A DNA stretch of 64,000 bases from a virus: positions 91,509-155,508 of IMG/VR virus record IMGVR_UViG_3300026097_000980. One strand, given 5' to 3'. A model generated the notes under the pieces. The model was not told where the DNA came from. It made no database searches and worked only from the letters and a program-made list of their open reading frames with translations. Of this stretch, positions 9,870 through 21,172 are shown one piece after another. Numbering within the stretch: position 1 is the stretch's first letter; every line of letters starts with the position of its first letter. A program made the position numbers and the translations under genes.

Positions 9870-10982
9870 TCACACGAATACACCGTTGTACTGTTGTGTG
9901 ACTCTGACAAATGTAGTACATTTACTTAGGTGCTTGAGCTTTGCGGCTCCGGCATAGGTACAGGTACTACGCAAACCGCCCAGGATGTCCTGAACGACGT
10001 CTTCTACTGCTCCGCGATATGGCACAAGAACTTCTCTGCCTTCCGCGGAACGGTATTCTCGTAATCCACCAAAGTGTTTTTCATTTGCGGCCTTTGAGCT
10101 CATTCCGTAGAATTGTACAAACTGTTTTACTTCCACAATTGGTTTTCCATCTTGTAGGGTATACTCTTTCTGGTACCAACGGTTTACAACGTCTCCGCCG
10201 CCTTCATCACAGCCCGCAAGCATACCACCAAGCATTACAAAGTCAGCACCTGCGGCAAACGCCTTAGCCACATCGCCAGGACAAGTGCAACCGCCATCAG
10301 CAATAATGTGGCCGCCCAAACCGTGGGCTGCATCGGCACACTCAATGACAGCTGATAACTGAGGATAACCAACCCCAGTTTGAATCCGTGTAGTACATAC
10401 ACTACCAGGGCCAATGCCCACTTTAACAATATCTGCACCTGCAAGAATAAGTTCCTCAGTCATCTCACCTGTTACTACATTACCCGCAATGATGACAATA
10501 TGCGGATAAGTCTTGCGCATCTCTGACACAAAGTCACGGAAGCGATTTGAATATCCGTTGGCTACGTCGATGCAAACGTATTTTAGATTACCGTCTGCAC
10601 GACTGTATACATCTGCAAACTTGTTCCAATCACTGCCGTTGATGCCTATGCTCATAGCAACTTTATTAGTTCGTAGATATTCGTCTGTGTCGTAAAAGTC
10701 CACAAGCTCGTCCGCAGTGTAAGTCTTAACTAGACAGGTAAACATACCTAGACGTGCAAGTTCGTCTGCCATCTCAAATGTACCAACACCGTCCATATTG
10801 GCAGCCATAACAGGAATGCCTCGCCAGTGTTCATCTTCGATATTGTCAGGAAACTCTGGCGTCCAATTGCGCCAAGTGTATCCTCTATGAAGCTGTACTT
10901 CTTTGCGACTGCCTAGTGTGCTACGCTTGGGGCGAATAAGAACGTCTTTATAATCTAGTCTAAGTTCTGATTCAATTCTCAT
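9870..10982 (-). CDS. guaC: GMP reductase
   Basis: [37 protein letters not shown]; start set at MRIESE. Confidence 0.95.
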   Translation of the reverse strand: MRIESELRLDYKDVLIRPKRSTLGSRKEVQLHRGYTWRNWTPEFPDNIEDEHWRGIPVMAANMDGVGTFEMADELARLGMFTCLVKTYTADELVDFYDTDEYLRTNKVAMSIGINGSDWNKFADVYSRADGNLKYVCIDVANGYSNRFRDFVSEMRKTYPHIVIIAGNVVTGEMTEELILAGADIVKVGIGPGSVCTTRIQTGVGYPQLSAVIECADAAHGLGGHIIADGGCTCPGDVAKAFAAGADFVMLGGMLAGCDEGGGDVVNRWYQKEYTLQDGKPIVEVKQFVQFYGMSSKAANEKHFGGLREYRSAEGREVLVPYRGAVEDVVQDILGGLRSTCTYAGAAKLKHLSKCTTFVRVTQQYNGVFV

Positions 10983-11542
10983 CTGCTTTCTCCAATAGGA
11001 TCTAGTCCTTTGTTTCGCAATCCTTTTAGCACATTCTGTACACCGACTGCTTGATTCCAAGCATCTTCTAGTGCGTGATGTTTTAGCACAGGCGGACGAT
11101 TGGGATCAATACCTAAGTCATACAATGTACGAGTGTCACGGGCTTGCCAAAACTGCCAAGGACATGATTTTTGTAATTTGCTAAAAATATGTTCTAGAAT
11201 TACCAAGTCAAATCCTGCTCCGTGACTCCACACTCGTTTAGCACCCCAACAAAATTTATACAATTGATCCATAGCATCCTTAATATCGACTCTGCCTTCA
11301 GGATTAAATGCTTCTTCTTGTGCTTCGGCACTTTGCTTTGCCCACCACTCAATGGTAGCATCGCTTGTGGTAAGACCTAGTGCGTCGCAACTGTCGATGT
11401 CCACACGGACATAAAACTTTTCACAGTCAGGTGATTCGACATCGTCACCATAAGGATCAAACTTCACAGCACCAATACTCAAAACTGTAGCCGTAGGCAA
11501 TACGTCCAAAGTTTCTAAATCTATCATTACATCACTTAGCAT
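10979..11542 (-). CDS. DEDDh 3'-5' exonuclease (Rv2179c/DUF5051-like)
   Basis: [27 protein letters not shown]. Confidence 0.85.
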   Translation of the reverse strand: MLSDVMIDLETLDVLPTATVLSIGAVKFDPYGDDVESPDCEKFYVRVDIDSCDALGLTTSDATIEWWAKQSAEAQEEAFNPEGRVDIKDAMDQLYKFCWGAKRVWSHGAGFDLVILEHIFSKLQKSCPWQFWQARDTRTLYDLGIDPNRPPVLKHHALEDAWNQAVGVQNVLKGLRNKGLDPIGESR

Positions 11543-11603
11543 TATTTTCTCTCAAGTTTTTGATCTATGTTACTATAGTAACATCTAAGAAAATTTTGTC
11601 AAT

Positions 11604-11631
11604 AAAAAAGGACTCCGAAGAGTCCTTTTTG
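11604..11631. terminator. Intrinsic terminator after groEL
   Basis: A6-GGACTC-cgaa-GAGTCC-T5. Confidence 0.8.
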
Positions 11632-11638
11632 TTTTTTA

Positions 11639-13240
<1,602 letters not shown>

Positions 13241-13537
13241 TTACTCTCCCTCTCTTACAATTGCATACACTTCTTCTTCTTTTAGAATGTGGTAGTCCTG
13301 TCCGTCAACTTTAATCGTTTGTCCTTGGAAAGTACCAAACACTACAGTATCATCTACTTTAATTTGCATTTCTACATGTTCACCGTTGTCTAGTACTCTA
13401 CCAGGTCCAACTGCAAGAACTTTTCCTTTGGTGGGTTGCGCATTCACCGCATCTGGAATAACCAGCGATGAAGCATTTAATGTATCGTCATCTAGTAATT
13501 GGACAACGAGTCTGTCTCTGATAGGTTCAAATTTCAT
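13241..13537 (-). CDS. groES: Co-chaperonin GroES
   Basis: PIRDRLVV, GKVLAVGPG; adjacent to groEL. Confidence 0.95.
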   Translation of the reverse strand: MKFEPIRDRLVVQLLDDDTLNASSLVIPDAVNAQPTKGKVLAVGPGRVLDNGEHVEMQIKVDDTVVFGTFQGQTIKVDGQDYHILKEEEVYAIVREGE

Positions 13538-13596
13538 TATATTCTCCTTTTAAAGTAAGATTGTTTTCGGCCCTATTTAGGTTCCATGACTATTTA
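13538..13596 (-). promoter_or_regulatory. TAAATA promoter(s) and ROSE-like SD-sequestering leader of groES
   Basis: AAUCUUACUUUAAAAGGAGA, nearly identical to the Hsp20 leader. Confidence 0.5.
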
Positions 13597-13598
13597 TT

Positions 13599-13841
13599 TT
13601 AATAGTTTTTCTGCGGTAATTTTTGTTGATTAAGTTTTTTACGCCATCGAGCTTTTGCCGCAGAACGTGCCCGCTTCCTTTCAGAACTAGGTTTTTCGTA
13701 AGACTCTCTTTTTCGTACTTCTTCCAATATACGACTATCGTTGACTTTTCGTTTAAGTCTACGAAGAGCTTGAGTAAGATTTTCATTGTCTTTTAATTTG
13801 ACAGATCTGCCTTTAAAATCGTTATGTTTATAATTAGCCAT
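13599..13841 (-). CDS. rpsU: 30S ribosomal protein bS21
   Basis: ENLTQALRRLKRKV...RKRESYEKPSSERKR; TATAAATA ends 5 nt before ATG. Confidence 0.92.
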   Translation of the reverse strand: MANYKHNDFKGRSVKLKDNENLTQALRRLKRKVNDSRILEEVRKRESYEKPSSERKRARSAAKARWRKKLNQQKLPQKNY

Positions 13842-13888
13842 GGAAATATTTATATTTTAACCTTAATACAACTATTATATATGAAACA

Positions 13889-14299
13889 TTAAAGATTGTC
13901 TACCGAAGGATGCTTTAAAATAATATTAGTAATCTGACTATATGAATTTATAATTCTGTGATTGTAGCTTGGAAAAAATCTATCGTTGCCTACTGAATAT
14001 GCTTTTTTATTTGCTTTTAAAAACCCAACTAATTCTCTAAAATCTGATTCGGCATTATAGATTATTAAATCGCTTTTTACAATTTTATCGAGCAACCATT
14101 CCTGACTATGTTCTTGACCCCAATAATAACATATAACAGGCACTGTCTCCCCAATATCCAACAAAGGCTTTGTAAAATTTTGAGTTTGATCTTGATTTAA
14201 ATCCACAAGAAGAAGGCGAAATCCTGATTCAAGATAGTCATCCGGTTCGGTAACTACAATAATTTTCTGATCTACTTCTTGTTCTTGATTTGGTTCCAT
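13889..14299 (-). CDS. Hypothetical protein
   Basis: 136-aa ORF in gene run. Confidence 0.6.
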   Translation of the reverse strand: MEPNQEQEVDQKIIVVTEPDDYLESGFRLLLVDLNQDQTQNFTKPLLDIGETVPVICYYWGQEHSQEWLLDKIVKSDLIIYNAESDFRELVGFLKANKKAYSVGNDRFFPSYNHRIINSYSQITNIILKHPSVDNL

Positions 14300-14336
14300 A
14301 TAGAGGTGCTCGATTGTTCAGAGTTTTGAATGTAAT

Positions 14337-16139
14337 CTATTTTTCTCTTTTGATCTGCTGGGTTCCCTGTTTCTCTATCCACTGAGATCTTTTTTTTTGA
14401 TCTTGTTGTTCAGCTATCCATTTGAGTGCTTCGGTAGCATCCTCGTCGAGCTCTAAATATTCTTCAGTTTCCCAAGGCAATAACTCTATTTTTCCGTGTT
14501 TTAACAATTGTCTTTGTCTTTTTAAACTGTCCTCAGGATTGTCTGCCTTCCACATTCTCATTGCTTCTCTTTCAGCTTCATGAACAGAATCTAAAATTTC
14601 TTCGTCCGTTTCGTCGTACTCTTCTTCTGTATCATTATCCGAATCGATCTCTGTCTCGACTGTCTCAATTTCTGTTTCAGTGATTTCAACTTCTTGATTG
14701 ATTTTTTCATCTCTACTTACAGGATTTTCGTCATTGTAAAATTCTTCTACCAATCCTTGTGTTTCTTTTTGCGTAGCAAGGTCCCAATCTTGTAAATATT
14801 TTGGATCTATCGTTGGCGCCGGTATGTAGTCATCTTGCGTAGGATCGCTTCCTTGTTCCTCTGGAATTGGTTCCTCACTTCCTCTATCCGTTCCATTAGG
14901 AGGTCCGTCTCCGTCAGGATCCTCTGGCCCTCCATCATTATCGTTGGGCTCATCTTTTTCCTCGGTGGCAGTTTCATTTCGCTCCTCCCTGCTCCAATTA
15001 AAAGTATACTGGCTTGCAATTAGAAGTAGTACAGCAAGAGGATCAAACACAATGATAATAACAATAATAACCCAACGAACTGCTTCTTCTAATAGATTTT
15101 TATCTGCTTGCTCGCCATAGATAAACTCTGCAATATACTTGATAGGACCAACTTCCGCTTCTAGCTTGCGATACTCAGCTTCTAGAGTAAACTTTTGTTC
15201 TGTGAGAGCGTCAAGCTCTGTGTTAGCGGCTTTGATTCTTGCGTTCTGTTCGTCGATGATAGCATCAATATCTTCGCCTGTGCTTTGACCTAATTGTCCA
15301 CGAAGTCTGCCAATAAGTTTGTTGCTGTCATCAATCTCTGCTTCAGCACGACTACGAAGTCTCTGTATTTCTTCTTGAGCGTTTGCTTTTAGTTCTTCAA
15401 TCTTAGCGAGAATCTCCGTACGTTCTTGCTCGAGCCCTTCTTTATATGCAGATACAGCACGGGCTGTGCCGCCGCCGTATGCACCGTCTGGTCTAGTACC
15501 TACTAGACTTTGTAGGCGTTTAACTGCTTCTTCGTCTGTGGTATCAATATCGGATAGTTCGTTAAATCTAGCAAGTTTTTCATCAACAGCTGGAAGTTGA
15601 CCTAAATAAAATTCTTTGTCTCGTTCAAGTTTTTCGTTAGTAGCATCAATAGCAGGTTGTACACGATCGTAGGCTGTGTCAATACGCTCTTGTTCTCTGT
15701 CAATCTGTGACTGTATGTTTTGATCTGCACCTGTGCCTGAAGTTTGTGTAGTTTCTACTATTTGTTCGGCACGAGCAATAACTGCTTGCTGTCTAGCAAT
15801 CTCTTTTTCAATCTGTTCAATTTGTGCAACGCCTTCGCCTGCGGCTGACGTCTGTTCTATGTGTGCCTTTGACAAGAACCCAAAGATACCCATGCTTGTA
15901 ATAAACATTAGAATAATAACAGCGGTACTTAGATAGGTTTTGAGCCACCAAGTAGCACGTTCCCAGTGCTTGTGTAACCACACTGCTGTGACCAGTTTAC
16001 CAATCTCAAGAGCGCCGCCCATAATGATAATTGGAACTGCGGCTGCCGCAAAGATAGCAACAAGCCCTGCTACTGAGTAGTAAATGGCAACCGCACTAAT
16101 AGTGAGTGCGGTGATGAGTGTTAGTACTGCTAAGAACAT
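14337..16139 (-). CDS. Membrane coiled-coil protein with peptidoglycan-binding-like segment and acidic tail
   Basis: Three N-terminal TMs, long coiled coil, LQSLVGTRPDGAYGGGT, a further TM. Confidence 0.7.
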   Translation of the reverse strand: MFLAVLTLITALTISAVAIYYSVAGLVAIFAAAAVPIIIMGGALEIGKLVTAVWLHKHWERATWWLKTYLSTAVIILMFITSMGIFGFLSKAHIEQTSAAGEGVAQIEQIEKEIARQQAVIARAEQIVETTQTSGTGADQNIQSQIDREQERIDTAYDRVQPAIDATNEKLERDKEFYLGQLPAVDEKLARFNELSDIDTTDEEAVKRLQSLVGTRPDGAYGGGTARAVSAYKEGLEQERTEILAKIEELKANAQEEIQRLRSRAEAEIDDSNKLIGRLRGQLGQSTGEDIDAIIDEQNARIKAANTELDALTEQKFTLEAEYRKLEAEVGPIKYIAEFIYGEQADKNLLEEAVRWVIIVIIIVFDPLAVLLLIASQYTFNWSREERNETATEEKDEPNDNDGGPEDPDGDGPPNGTDRGSEEPIPEEQGSDPTQDDYIPAPTIDPKYLQDWDLATQKETQGLVEEFYNDENPVSRDEKINQEVEITETEIETVETEIDSDNDTEEEYDETDEEILDSVHEAEREAMRMWKADNPEDSLKRQRQLLKHGKIELLPWETEEYLELDEDATEALKWIAEQQDQKKRSQWIEKQGTQQIKREK

Positions 16140-16146
16140 ACTGTAT

Positions 16147-16581
16147 TTATTTTTCTACCCATGTCCAAGCACCGGAACCGTTATCGAAACACGCAGTAGC
16201 GTCCATGGTTTTTGTAACATTATGTGCAGTTGCTTGAATGTAAATTTTTCGACAGTATCCGCTTCCGGCTGGATAGGTAATAACAGGAACAGCCATACCG
16301 GTTGCTTCAGAGCCGTACCAGATAACTTTTTCTCCGTTTTCCGCAAACATCAAAGCATGGTGAATTGAACTTTGATACTTCACTTCGTCCTGACTGTTCA
16401 TTGTTTTAAACCAGCCAAATGATAGTGTGATAATTTGGTTTGTAAAGTTTCCCGAACGATACTCGTAAAATTTAGGACTATTAAAGTCAGCAAATGCCTG
16501 ATTAGTAACCAGGCATAGCGGTATTAATAACTTCCCAAGTGCCGTCAGGACGTTGACAGCTGATAGCTTGGCGATGAACAT
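16147..16581 (-). CDS. Surface-antigen-like protein (RT0821/17-kDa antigen-like); start uncertain
   Basis: GYCRKI...ATACFD..GAW pattern. Confidence 0.5.
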   Translation of the reverse strand: MFIAKLSAVNVLTALGKLLIPLCLVTNQAFADFNSPKFYEYRSGNFTNQIITLSFGWFKTMNSQDEVKYQSSIHHALMFAENGEKVIWYGSEATGMAVPVITYPAGSGYCRKIYIQATAHNVTKTMDATACFDNGSGAWTWVEK

Positions 16582-16831
16582 AATGTCCTCCGATTTGCAT
16601 TGGATATGTGAACACTCCGCAATTAGGTGCCATACCTAATCTATGTTGTGCAACCCTTTTGATCTGATCATCAGTACACTCGACAAGAGTTTGACTTTCG
16701 ACAGTTTCGCCATTCTTGGTTAAGATTTCCTGTGAAGTATGGCAGTATTGCGGAGTGTGATTAACAACTTTTGTTTGAGCAGAGGAGCAACCTGCTAATG
16801 CAATTGCTCCTAAGATTAACAGACCACGCAT
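16502..16831 (-). CDS. Lipoprotein
   Basis: Lipobox LAGC. Confidence 0.7.
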   Translation of the reverse strand: MRGLLILGAIALAGCSSAQTKVVNHTPQYCHTSQEILTKNGETVESQTLVECTDDQIKRVAQHRLGMAPNCGVFTYPMQIGGHYVHRQAISCQRPDGTWEVINTAMPGY

Positions 16832-16832
16832 G

Positions 16833-17321
16833 TTATTGTGCCTTGTTAGTTGTTATTAAAGCGTCGAATACATCTTTAGGCATTTTAAGTTTTACAAACG
16901 TGTAATGTTTGCCCTGAAAAATATAAGTGCCTCGTTCTTCTTCAAGATGCTGGGTAATTGCAGTATCTTTTACACTGTATGAAATAACAGTATGAGTCGA
17001 ACGCTGGTCGTTTACAAATTCTAGTTTTGTTTCTGAATTAACTTTGCCATTAATTCGCTTGGCAAAATTATTCATTGCAATTGCATGCATTTGTTCTTCA
17101 GCGGCTTGCTGATAACGACTTTCACCTGCACCGCAAGCATATGCATAATCCTTTGACCACCAAAGGAACCCTTCTGTGCCTGCCTGTGCGCAACTTGCGT
17201 ACCACTTAGGTTGGGCGTATGAATCGCGTTCTGCGATTTCAACAGTTGATGAAAATGTAGAACAACCTGCTGTTACTGCAAATGCTGATGCTACTGCCAG
17301 TGCCTTAAATGTGCCTTTCAT
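16833..17321 (-). CDS. Lipoprotein (LPP20-like)
   Basis: Lipobox TAGC; PKWY...GAGES pattern. Confidence 0.65.
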   Translation of the reverse strand: MKGTFKALAVASAFAVTAGCSTFSSTVEIAERDSYAQPKWYASCAQAGTEGFLWWSKDYAYACGAGESRYQQAAEEQMHAIAMNNFAKRINGKVNSETKLEFVNDQRSTHTVISYSVKDTAITQHLEEERGTYIFQGKHYTFVKLKMPKDVFDALITTNKAQ

Positions 17322-17394
17322 TGTATTAGTCTCCGTGTGTGTTTTCTAACAATGTTTAATTAGTATAAGTGAAATTGATCCGGTTGTCAACCTT

Positions 17395-17946
17395 TTATTC
17401 GGCTCTGTAAAAGATGTGAGCACCGATGCGTCCAATTGTGCGGAATCGCTTGTTCCAACTTGGGTCAACATAGGTTGCATGATAGTGAGTAGCACCTTCT
17501 GTGATGCCTCTGTATAAGTCGCGATTGAGGATTTGAAATGCCACAGTCTGTGCCCGTCTCCATGCCTCGGCATCAGTAGGATTATCACTCTTGCCATCAC
17601 AGAACCAGCTGAACTGACACTTGTGTCTAACAGGTACAAGTTTGTTGTGATTATCTTTCCACCATTTGGAATATTTCGCATCTTGAACTACTCCACAAGG
17701 TGTGTTCGGCCAGCGGCTGTCTCGCACACGATTAAGAACAACATCGCTGACAGCGAACATTCCTGCAAGATTGTCTGAACGACTTTCGTGGTACACATTT
17801 AGTGCCATACAGTATTCCTGCGGATGGCTCTCCATTGTGTATAATTCTGCTTCTGGTGCTCTGATAGTATCACCAAAGGAATTGTCTGACGCAACCGATA
17901 CTGTTGCAAACAACATCGAAGACACGATTGCTGTTGTAAATTTCAT
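17395..17946 (-). CDS. Cell-wall hydrolase, SleB/Hydrolase_2 family
   Basis: CMALNVYHESR, VLNRV, CQFSWFCDG, GATHYHA, IGAHIFY; signal peptide. Confidence 0.9.
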   Translation of the reverse strand: MKFTTAIVSSMLFATVSVASDNSFGDTIRAPEAELYTMESHPQEYCMALNVYHESRSDNLAGMFAVSDVVLNRVRDSRWPNTPCGVVQDAKYSKWWKDNHNKLVPVRHKCQFSWFCDGKSDNPTDAEAWRRAQTVAFQILNRDLYRGITEGATHYHATYVDPSWNKRFRTIGRIGAHIFYRAE

Positions 17947-17999
17947 TATTCGCTCCATCAATTATTTAAAGGTTAATCTCTTATAATAAACTGTTAAGT

Positions 18000-18446
18000 T
18001 TACCCGCGACGCATTTTACTGATCATTTCTGCTTCTTCTTGATTAATAACAGGAACAGCATTACTTTTATGCATAGTAGCCACTCCCTTGATGAGTGTGC
18101 CTGTATATTCTTTCTTTGGTTGTGCAAGTGCATTTCCTGTGCTCAGTTCGCCACTGGGGATATGTGATCCGCTGTCTCTGCGATAGCCTTTTGGTTGCCA
18201 GTCGAATGTTTTTACTTCTGGTGCTGTCTGATACTGCACAGGCTTGCGGCGTTCTGTTTCGCCATGCACCCAAGCAACATATTGATCAATGTCCATGCAG
18301 AGATCGTGTTGATGTGCCTGCTTCATTCGCTTGTTGTAATCGCGAAGTTCTGCTTGATACTTTTTTAACTGCGTTTTTGTAAGTTTGCTTTTCTTAGGCT
18401 TGGCTGTTCGTAAAGTAGACAAACCTTTTTCGAGATGCATTGTCAT
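18000..18446 (-). CDS. Hypothetical phage protein
   Basis: SD-preceded MTMHLE start; own TTGACA-17-TAATAT promoter at 18507-18479. Confidence 0.7.
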   Translation of the reverse strand: MTMHLEKGLSTLRTAKPKKSKLTKTQLKKYQAELRDYNKRMKQAHQHDLCMDIDQYVAWVHGETERRKPVQYQTAPEVKTFDWQPKGYRRDSGSHIPSGELSTGNALAQPKKEYTGTLIKGVATMHKSNAVPVINQEEAEMISKMRRG

Positions 18447-18510
18447 ACGACACTCCGTAGTTGTTAAACTATACAACTATATTAAACTCGTGTTGTAGAA
18501 ATGTCAACCG

Positions 18511-18558
18511 TTATTGTATTTGTGATTTCATCCACTGCCAGTATTCTGAATCAGTCAT
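18511..18558 (-). CDS. 15-aa peptide MTDSEYWQWMKSQIQ downstream of attenuator
   Basis: Strong SD GGAGAAAGGAA immediately after the terminator. Confidence 0.4.
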   Translation of the reverse strand: MTDSEYWQWMKSQIQ

Positions 18559-18572
18559 TTCCTTTCTCCATT

Positions 18573-18691
18573 AAAAAACCCCGGAACATTTCTATCCCGG
18601 GGTTAAGTCTAGCACAATAGAGCCTACTCCCCGGGAGAGTATCCTAATAGTAGTAGACTGCTGTGTGCGATTGTCTTCATATTATTATTTA
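18573..18691 (-). promoter_or_regulatory. Leucine-sensing transcription attenuator (leader peptide MKTIAHSSLLLLGYSPGE, 18680-18624)
   Basis: CTA CTA CTA TTA codon run; antiterminator UCCCGGGG; terminator AACCCCGG/CCGGGGUU plus U tract. Confidence 0.75.
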
Positions 18692-19278
18692 CTCAAACTT
18701 TTTAAAAATTGAAATGCTTCTTTAGATTTAAGATAATCTAAACAATTCTCCGGTGTTGATTCAAAATAAGGATCTTGATCTTCACCGAGGTCATTAATAT
18801 CTGGTTCTTGCCACCATTTTTCTATAACACAATCATTAATAATTGCAGAATAACGCCAGCTACGCATACCAAAACCAAGATGCGACTTATCGACTAACAT
18901 TCCCATTCTACGAGTAAAATCACCATTACCGTCTGGGATAAATTTAATGTTTTGAACGCTTTGATCAATCATCCACTTACGCATTACAAAGGTGTCGTTT
19001 ACTGAAATAACATAAATGTCATCTACGCCTTCGTCAAGAATCTGTTGATAGTTTTCTTCAAATCCTGGAACTTGAAATGTTGAACATGTAGGTGTAAATG
19101 CTCCAGGTAAAGAAAATAACACAATTCTTTTATTTGCAAAAATATCTTCGGTTGTAAATTCTTTCCAATCAAACGGATTTTCACCGCCGTTAGTTGTGTC
19201 TACATAAGTGATAGGATGTCCGTCAGTGCGGACACGATAATGAAATGTTGTAAACGGAATTTGTATGCCTTCTTTCAT
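18685..19278 (-). CDS. Peroxiredoxin (Prx5/redoxin family)
   Basis: FSLPGAFTPTCS, SVNDTFVM, GFGMRSWRY. Confidence 0.93.
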   Translation of the reverse strand: MKEGIQIPFTTFHYRVRTDGHPITYVDTTNGGENPFDWKEFTTEDIFANKRIVLFSLPGAFTPTCSTFQVPGFEENYQQILDEGVDDIYVISVNDTFVMRKWMIDQSVQNIKFIPDGNGDFTRRMGMLVDKSHLGFGMRSWRYSAIINDCVIEKWWQEPDINDLGEDQDPYFESTPENCLDYLKSKEAFQFLKSLSK

Positions 19279-19529
19279 GTGTGTGTTTCTCCTTGATAAG
19301 CACGAAAAAGTTTTGAACCTAATGGACTGATTGGTTCTTGAGGTTTCGCTTTTTTCCCTGTCCTTTCTTCTACCATCATTAACAGTCTGGTAGCGTGTCC
19401 TCGTTTTCTATATAGAGGATTCACAAAAATATATTCTATCTCTGCGTGTGTGTTATACCTAACAAAAGCAATAGTGGTGTTAGGATTACGAAAAGTGATG
19501 ACGCCATCACCGTAGATGACGTCCCACAT
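19275..19529 (-). CDS. Minimal GNAT acetyltransferase
   Basis: IFVNPLYRKRGHATRLL motif A; start set at MWDVIY. Confidence 0.7.
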   Translation of the reverse strand: MWDVIYGDGVITFRNPNTTIAFVRYNTHAEIEYIFVNPLYRKRGHATRLLMMVEERTGKKAKPQEPISPLGSKLFRAYQGETHT

Positions 19530-19536
19530 TACACAG

Positions 19537-19971
19537 TTAGGCGTTTTCTTCGTTGTATGCATCCAAAGTCTTCTTGAACTTGTTAGCATGTGAACGCTCT
19601 GCCTTAGCAAGAGTTTCAAACCAATCTGCAATCTCGTCGTGGCCTTCGTCACGAGCTGTCTTTGCCATGCCCGGGTACATGTCCGTGTATTCATGTGTTT
19701 CACCAGCAATAGCACTTTCCAATGCTTCTACAACATTGCCTGCCGCTAGACCGGTTTCTGGATCACCCGAGCCACCTTGAATTAGATATTCCATGTGTCC
19801 GTGTGCGTGACCAGTTTCGCCTTCTGCTGTGTTACGGAATACATTGGCTACTTCTGGAGCACCTTCAATGTCTGCCATGTTTGCAAAATACAAATAACGA
19901 CGGTTGGCTTTTGACTCACCTGCGAAAGCATCTTTCAATGCCTGTTCTGTTTTAGAACCTTTAAGACTCAT
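19537..19971 (-). CDS. Rubrerythrin (no rubredoxin domain)
   Basis: [37 protein letters not shown]. Confidence 0.93.
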   Translation of the reverse strand: MSLKGSKTEQALKDAFAGESKANRRYLYFANMADIEGAPEVANVFRNTAEGETGHAHGHMEYLIQGGSGDPETGLAAGNVVEALESAIAGETHEYTDMYPGMAKTARDEGHDEIADWFETLAKAERSHANKFKKTLDAYNEENA

Positions 19972-20003
19972 AGTTTCCTCCTGTTGTTGTAAACTATTAA
20001 ACT

Positions 20004-20090
20004 ATTGTAGTAGATATTTACTATTAATGCAACCGTAAAAATTGCAAAAATCTATGTTATTTTTCTATGGGTGTGTTAGTTAAAATCTAT
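20004..20090 (-). promoter_or_regulatory. Sigma70 promoter TTGCAT-17-TACAAT with upstream OxyR-like box (20054-20090)
   Basis: ATAG-N7-CTAA-N7-ATAG-N7-ACAT versus OxyR consensus ATAG-N7-CTAT-N7-ATAG-N7-CTAT. Confidence 0.65.
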
Positions 20091-20103
20091 TATCTTTACA
20101 GAT

Positions 20104-20131
20104 AAAAAAAGGCCGCCGAAGCGACCTTTTT
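20104..20131 (-). terminator. Intrinsic terminator
   Basis: GGTCGC-ttcg-GCGGCC-T7 on minus strand. Confidence 0.8.
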
Positions 20132-20144
20132 ACTAGATTCTATA

Positions 20145-20486
20145 TTAGAATGATAATTTGATGCCTACAGTTGTTTCTGTACGCTCAACATCCTCGTTTA
20201 GATCTGTGTTGACATATGCTGATACACTGTCTGTGATTGATTTACTAACGTCAACTTCAATGTCTTCAAGTGTAAAATCTGCACCAGCATCTGTGTCATG
20301 TAGATTGATGCTTGTTGCAACTTCTACGCCGTATGGTAAACCTGTAAGGCTGTTGCCTAATACAAAGTTATTAATTTCACCTTTCGCTTCGTGCTCAAGT
20401 GCAATCGATGTTCCAAGGTCTAGTCCTTCAGCTGATACTGCTGTTGCAGATACGGCAAACATTGCCGCGATTAACGTTTTAGTCAT
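20145..20486 (-). CDS. Small outer-membrane beta-barrel-like protein
   Basis: Signal peptide, alternating beta strands, C-terminal VGIKLSF. Confidence 0.55.
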   Translation of the reverse strand: MTKTLIAAMFAVSATAVSAEGLDLGTSIALEHEAKGEINNFVLGNSLTGLPYGVEVATSINLHDTDAGADFTLEDIEVDVSKSITDSVSAYVNTDLNEDVERTETTVGIKLSF

Positions 20487-20540
20487 TTTATTTCCTTCTG
20501 TGTGTGATATTGTTTAGATATCTAAGTATAGTTATAAAAG

Positions 20541-20562
20541 AAAAGCACCCGAAGGTGCTTTT
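20541..20562 (-). terminator. Terminator of tmRNA
   Basis: AAAAGCACC-cgaa-GGTGCTTTT. Confidence 0.8.
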
Positions 20563-20878
20563 CTGACTTTTGGATTACAAGGCAGTCAACCCCGAAGCCT
20601 CATGCGGCCAGTGCGAATGTTTCATCATTTGCAGTTATTTTATTTTGCTTCTACGACCGGGTATACTCCCAATCCTAACGGCTTTCACATTGCCGGTAAC
20701 TCCACTCGCCTAATCATCTCGCCGTCGAATCCTTGATCTGCCCCATCATAGATACACCACGTTCTTCTCCTACTATTTCACCTTTCGGTCTACTCTCTCG
20801 GAGTTGTAGATGTATCTATGGTGGAACAGCCGGGAGTCGAACCCGGGTCCGTCAACCTTTCGGTCTGCTTCATCGTTA
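20563..20878 (-). ncRNA. ssrA: Circularly permuted (two-piece) tmRNA, tag ANDETFALAA
   Basis: Acceptor piece with T-arm CCGGGTTCGACTCCCGG and CTGTTCCACCA ending at 20819; 74-nt intervening stem; coding piece GGGGCAG...GGATTCGAC from 20744; G3-U70 pair; tag ORF 20632-20600. Confidence 0.92.
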
Positions 20879-20887
20879 CAGTATTAT

Positions 20888-21172
20888 TTAACTATCTTTT
20901 TTGCTGTCTGTCAAGTCTTCTAATTGCTTTTTTAAATTTAAGACTTGGATATGCAGTAACATGTTTTCCACAACCAATTTAGTCATAGATGCAAGGAGCA
21001 CAACTTTGTCTTCTTCTGTGTACTCTTCTTTATCGAATTGCTCCAGGATAGATGTTCCTATCATTTTAAAGGCTTCGTCTTTGCCTACAGATAATTTATC
21101 CCAAGGAATAGGATCTCCCGATTCCGCTTCTTTAGCGATGTCTACTAATAATTCTAAATCAATTTCTCTCAT
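20888..21172 (-). CDS. Hypothetical protein
   Basis: 94-aa ORF coupled to upstream gene. Confidence 0.6.
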   Translation of the reverse strand: MREIDLELLVDIAKEAESGDPIPWDKLSVGKDEAFKMIGTSILEQFDKEEYTEEDKVVLLASMTKLVVENMLLHIQVLNLKKQLEDLTDSKKDS

